Part shown: in pieces, positions 43,965-44,590 of the stretch | Layout of the letters: each line of letters starts with the position of its first letter | Position numbering within the stretch: the first letter of the stretch is position 1 | Assembly (NCBI GenBank): GCA_041173745.1 | Contig: JBEDID010000002.1 | Location: forward strand, 1 to 44,590 | Source: Candidatus Parcubacteria bacterium | GTDB taxonomy: Bacteria > Patescibacteriota > Minisyncoccia > Phycocordibacterales > UBA918 | DNA: 44,590 nt | Direction of reading: 5' to 3' | Notes under the pieces: model-generated | Databases searched by the model: none | Told to the model about the DNA's origin: nothing | What the model saw: only the letters and a program-made list of their open reading frames with translations | Position numbers and translations under genes: made by a program

Positions 43965-44590
43965 TTACCGCTTCTCGCCCCAGACTGCAACGGCTGGAAA
44001 AAGTTTTTCTCTTTCTACTTCGGGGATATTTTTAAATTCAGACTGATACTTCATTTCCCAAGTAAACAAATCGGTCACGGCTGTGGTGTTTGAATGCTTG
44101 AAGAATTTTTCAAAATGTTTATGGCTCGGCATCTGATGATAAGTCACATCGGTCGGAGTAATGTTTGATTGTTCAAAATGAGACTTTACTTCCGGCACTC
44201 CGACATAGCGCACAAATTGTCGTTCAGGCAAAAGATTTGGCACTGTACCACCTAGCCAAACATGCGCTCGCTCCTTGAATGAATGCGGATGCAAAGCATG
44301 ACCAAGGTCGTACCGATGCACCACCAGCCCGCCAACCTTAGTGTATTTGGCACTAAGCGCGATAAACCGGCCAAGTTGCTTGATATGCTCAAGTGCACTA
44401 AGTGAAAAGACCAAATCAAATGTGGCTTCTGCTTCATCCGGCACAGTATCGTAGCCGAGCTGGAAATGAACTTTAGCATTTGGAACATTGGCTAGATTTT
44501 TCTCAGCCGCTGCAAACGAAGTGGGAATTGGCTCAACTCCAACGTATTCAAAGTGCGGAAAATGTTCCATGAGTGACGGCACGTAACTAG
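43965..44590 (-). CDS. Class I SAM-dependent methyltransferase (5' end beyond the window edge)
   Basis: The reading frame is open to the window end; the ORF-track start at 44582 is a GTG. FEYVGVEPIPTSF and FDLVFSLSALEHI resemble the post-I and motif II/III regions of Methyltransf_11/25-type enzymes. Motif I is presumably outside the window. Confidence 0.65.
   Translation of the reverse strand, partial: SYVPSLMEHFPHFEYVGVEPIPTSFAAAEKNLANVPNAKVHFQLGYDTVPDEAEATFDLVFSLSALEHIKQLGRFIALSAKYTKVGGLVVHRYDLGHALHPHSFKERAHVWLGGTVPNLLPERQFVRYVGVPEVKSHFEQSNITPTDVTYHQMPSHKHFEKFFKHSNTTAVTDLFTWEMKYQSEFKNIPEVEREKLFPAVAVWGEKR

Overview
This 44.6 kb window has about 40% GC, is gene-dense and has short intergenic spacers. 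About 38 of 41 CDS lie on the minus strand. Most genes are housekeeping: thrS, gyrB, pheST, tsf, rpsB, prfA, rpmE, L25/Ctc, gatB, obg, secA, murB, tRNA-Thr(UGU), and a gap-rpiB-rpe-split-transketolase operon. Interspersed are cell-envelope genes: a 1189-aa multi-repeat surface protein next to a sortase, a processive GT2 glycosyltransferase, an MltB-like lytic transglycosylase and an O-antigen-ligase/TPR protein. Several features suggest, by inference only, a reduced Patescibacteria/CPR-like genome. These are domain-trimmed aminoacyl-tRNA synthetases, a split transketolase, a pentose-phosphate plus lower-glycolysis core, and large Cys-bracketed Ig-like surface proteins. I saw no rRNA, CRISPR array, transposase or integrase. 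The genetic code appears standard: TGA is rare but does terminate two genes. The most interesting locus is a co-directional six-gene cassette at 26939-33270. It starts with two paralogous membrane-tethered HTH proteins. These are followed by two paralogous secreted proteins flanking a signal-peptide/C-terminal-TM protein, then an FN3 protein with a C-terminal anchor. The architecture resembles Firmicute WxL/DUF916 surface-complex loci, but the signature tryptophans are replaced. Other notable items: (1) the giant surface protein carries an LPXTG-like VPYTG+TM+RK sorting signal internally, followed by a 267-aa tail, and sits next to the sortase; (2) a hand-foldable T-box leader with an unusually short Stem I lies upstream of thrS, followed by a second long hairpin abutting the SD; (3) a ~100-bp palindromic element lies between rpmE and prfA; (4) two extremely AT-rich palindromic spacers; (5) a lysine-rich H1-like mini-protein; (6) a RelE/DinJ-type TA pair. 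All family assignments rest on motif recognition by eye; no searches were run.
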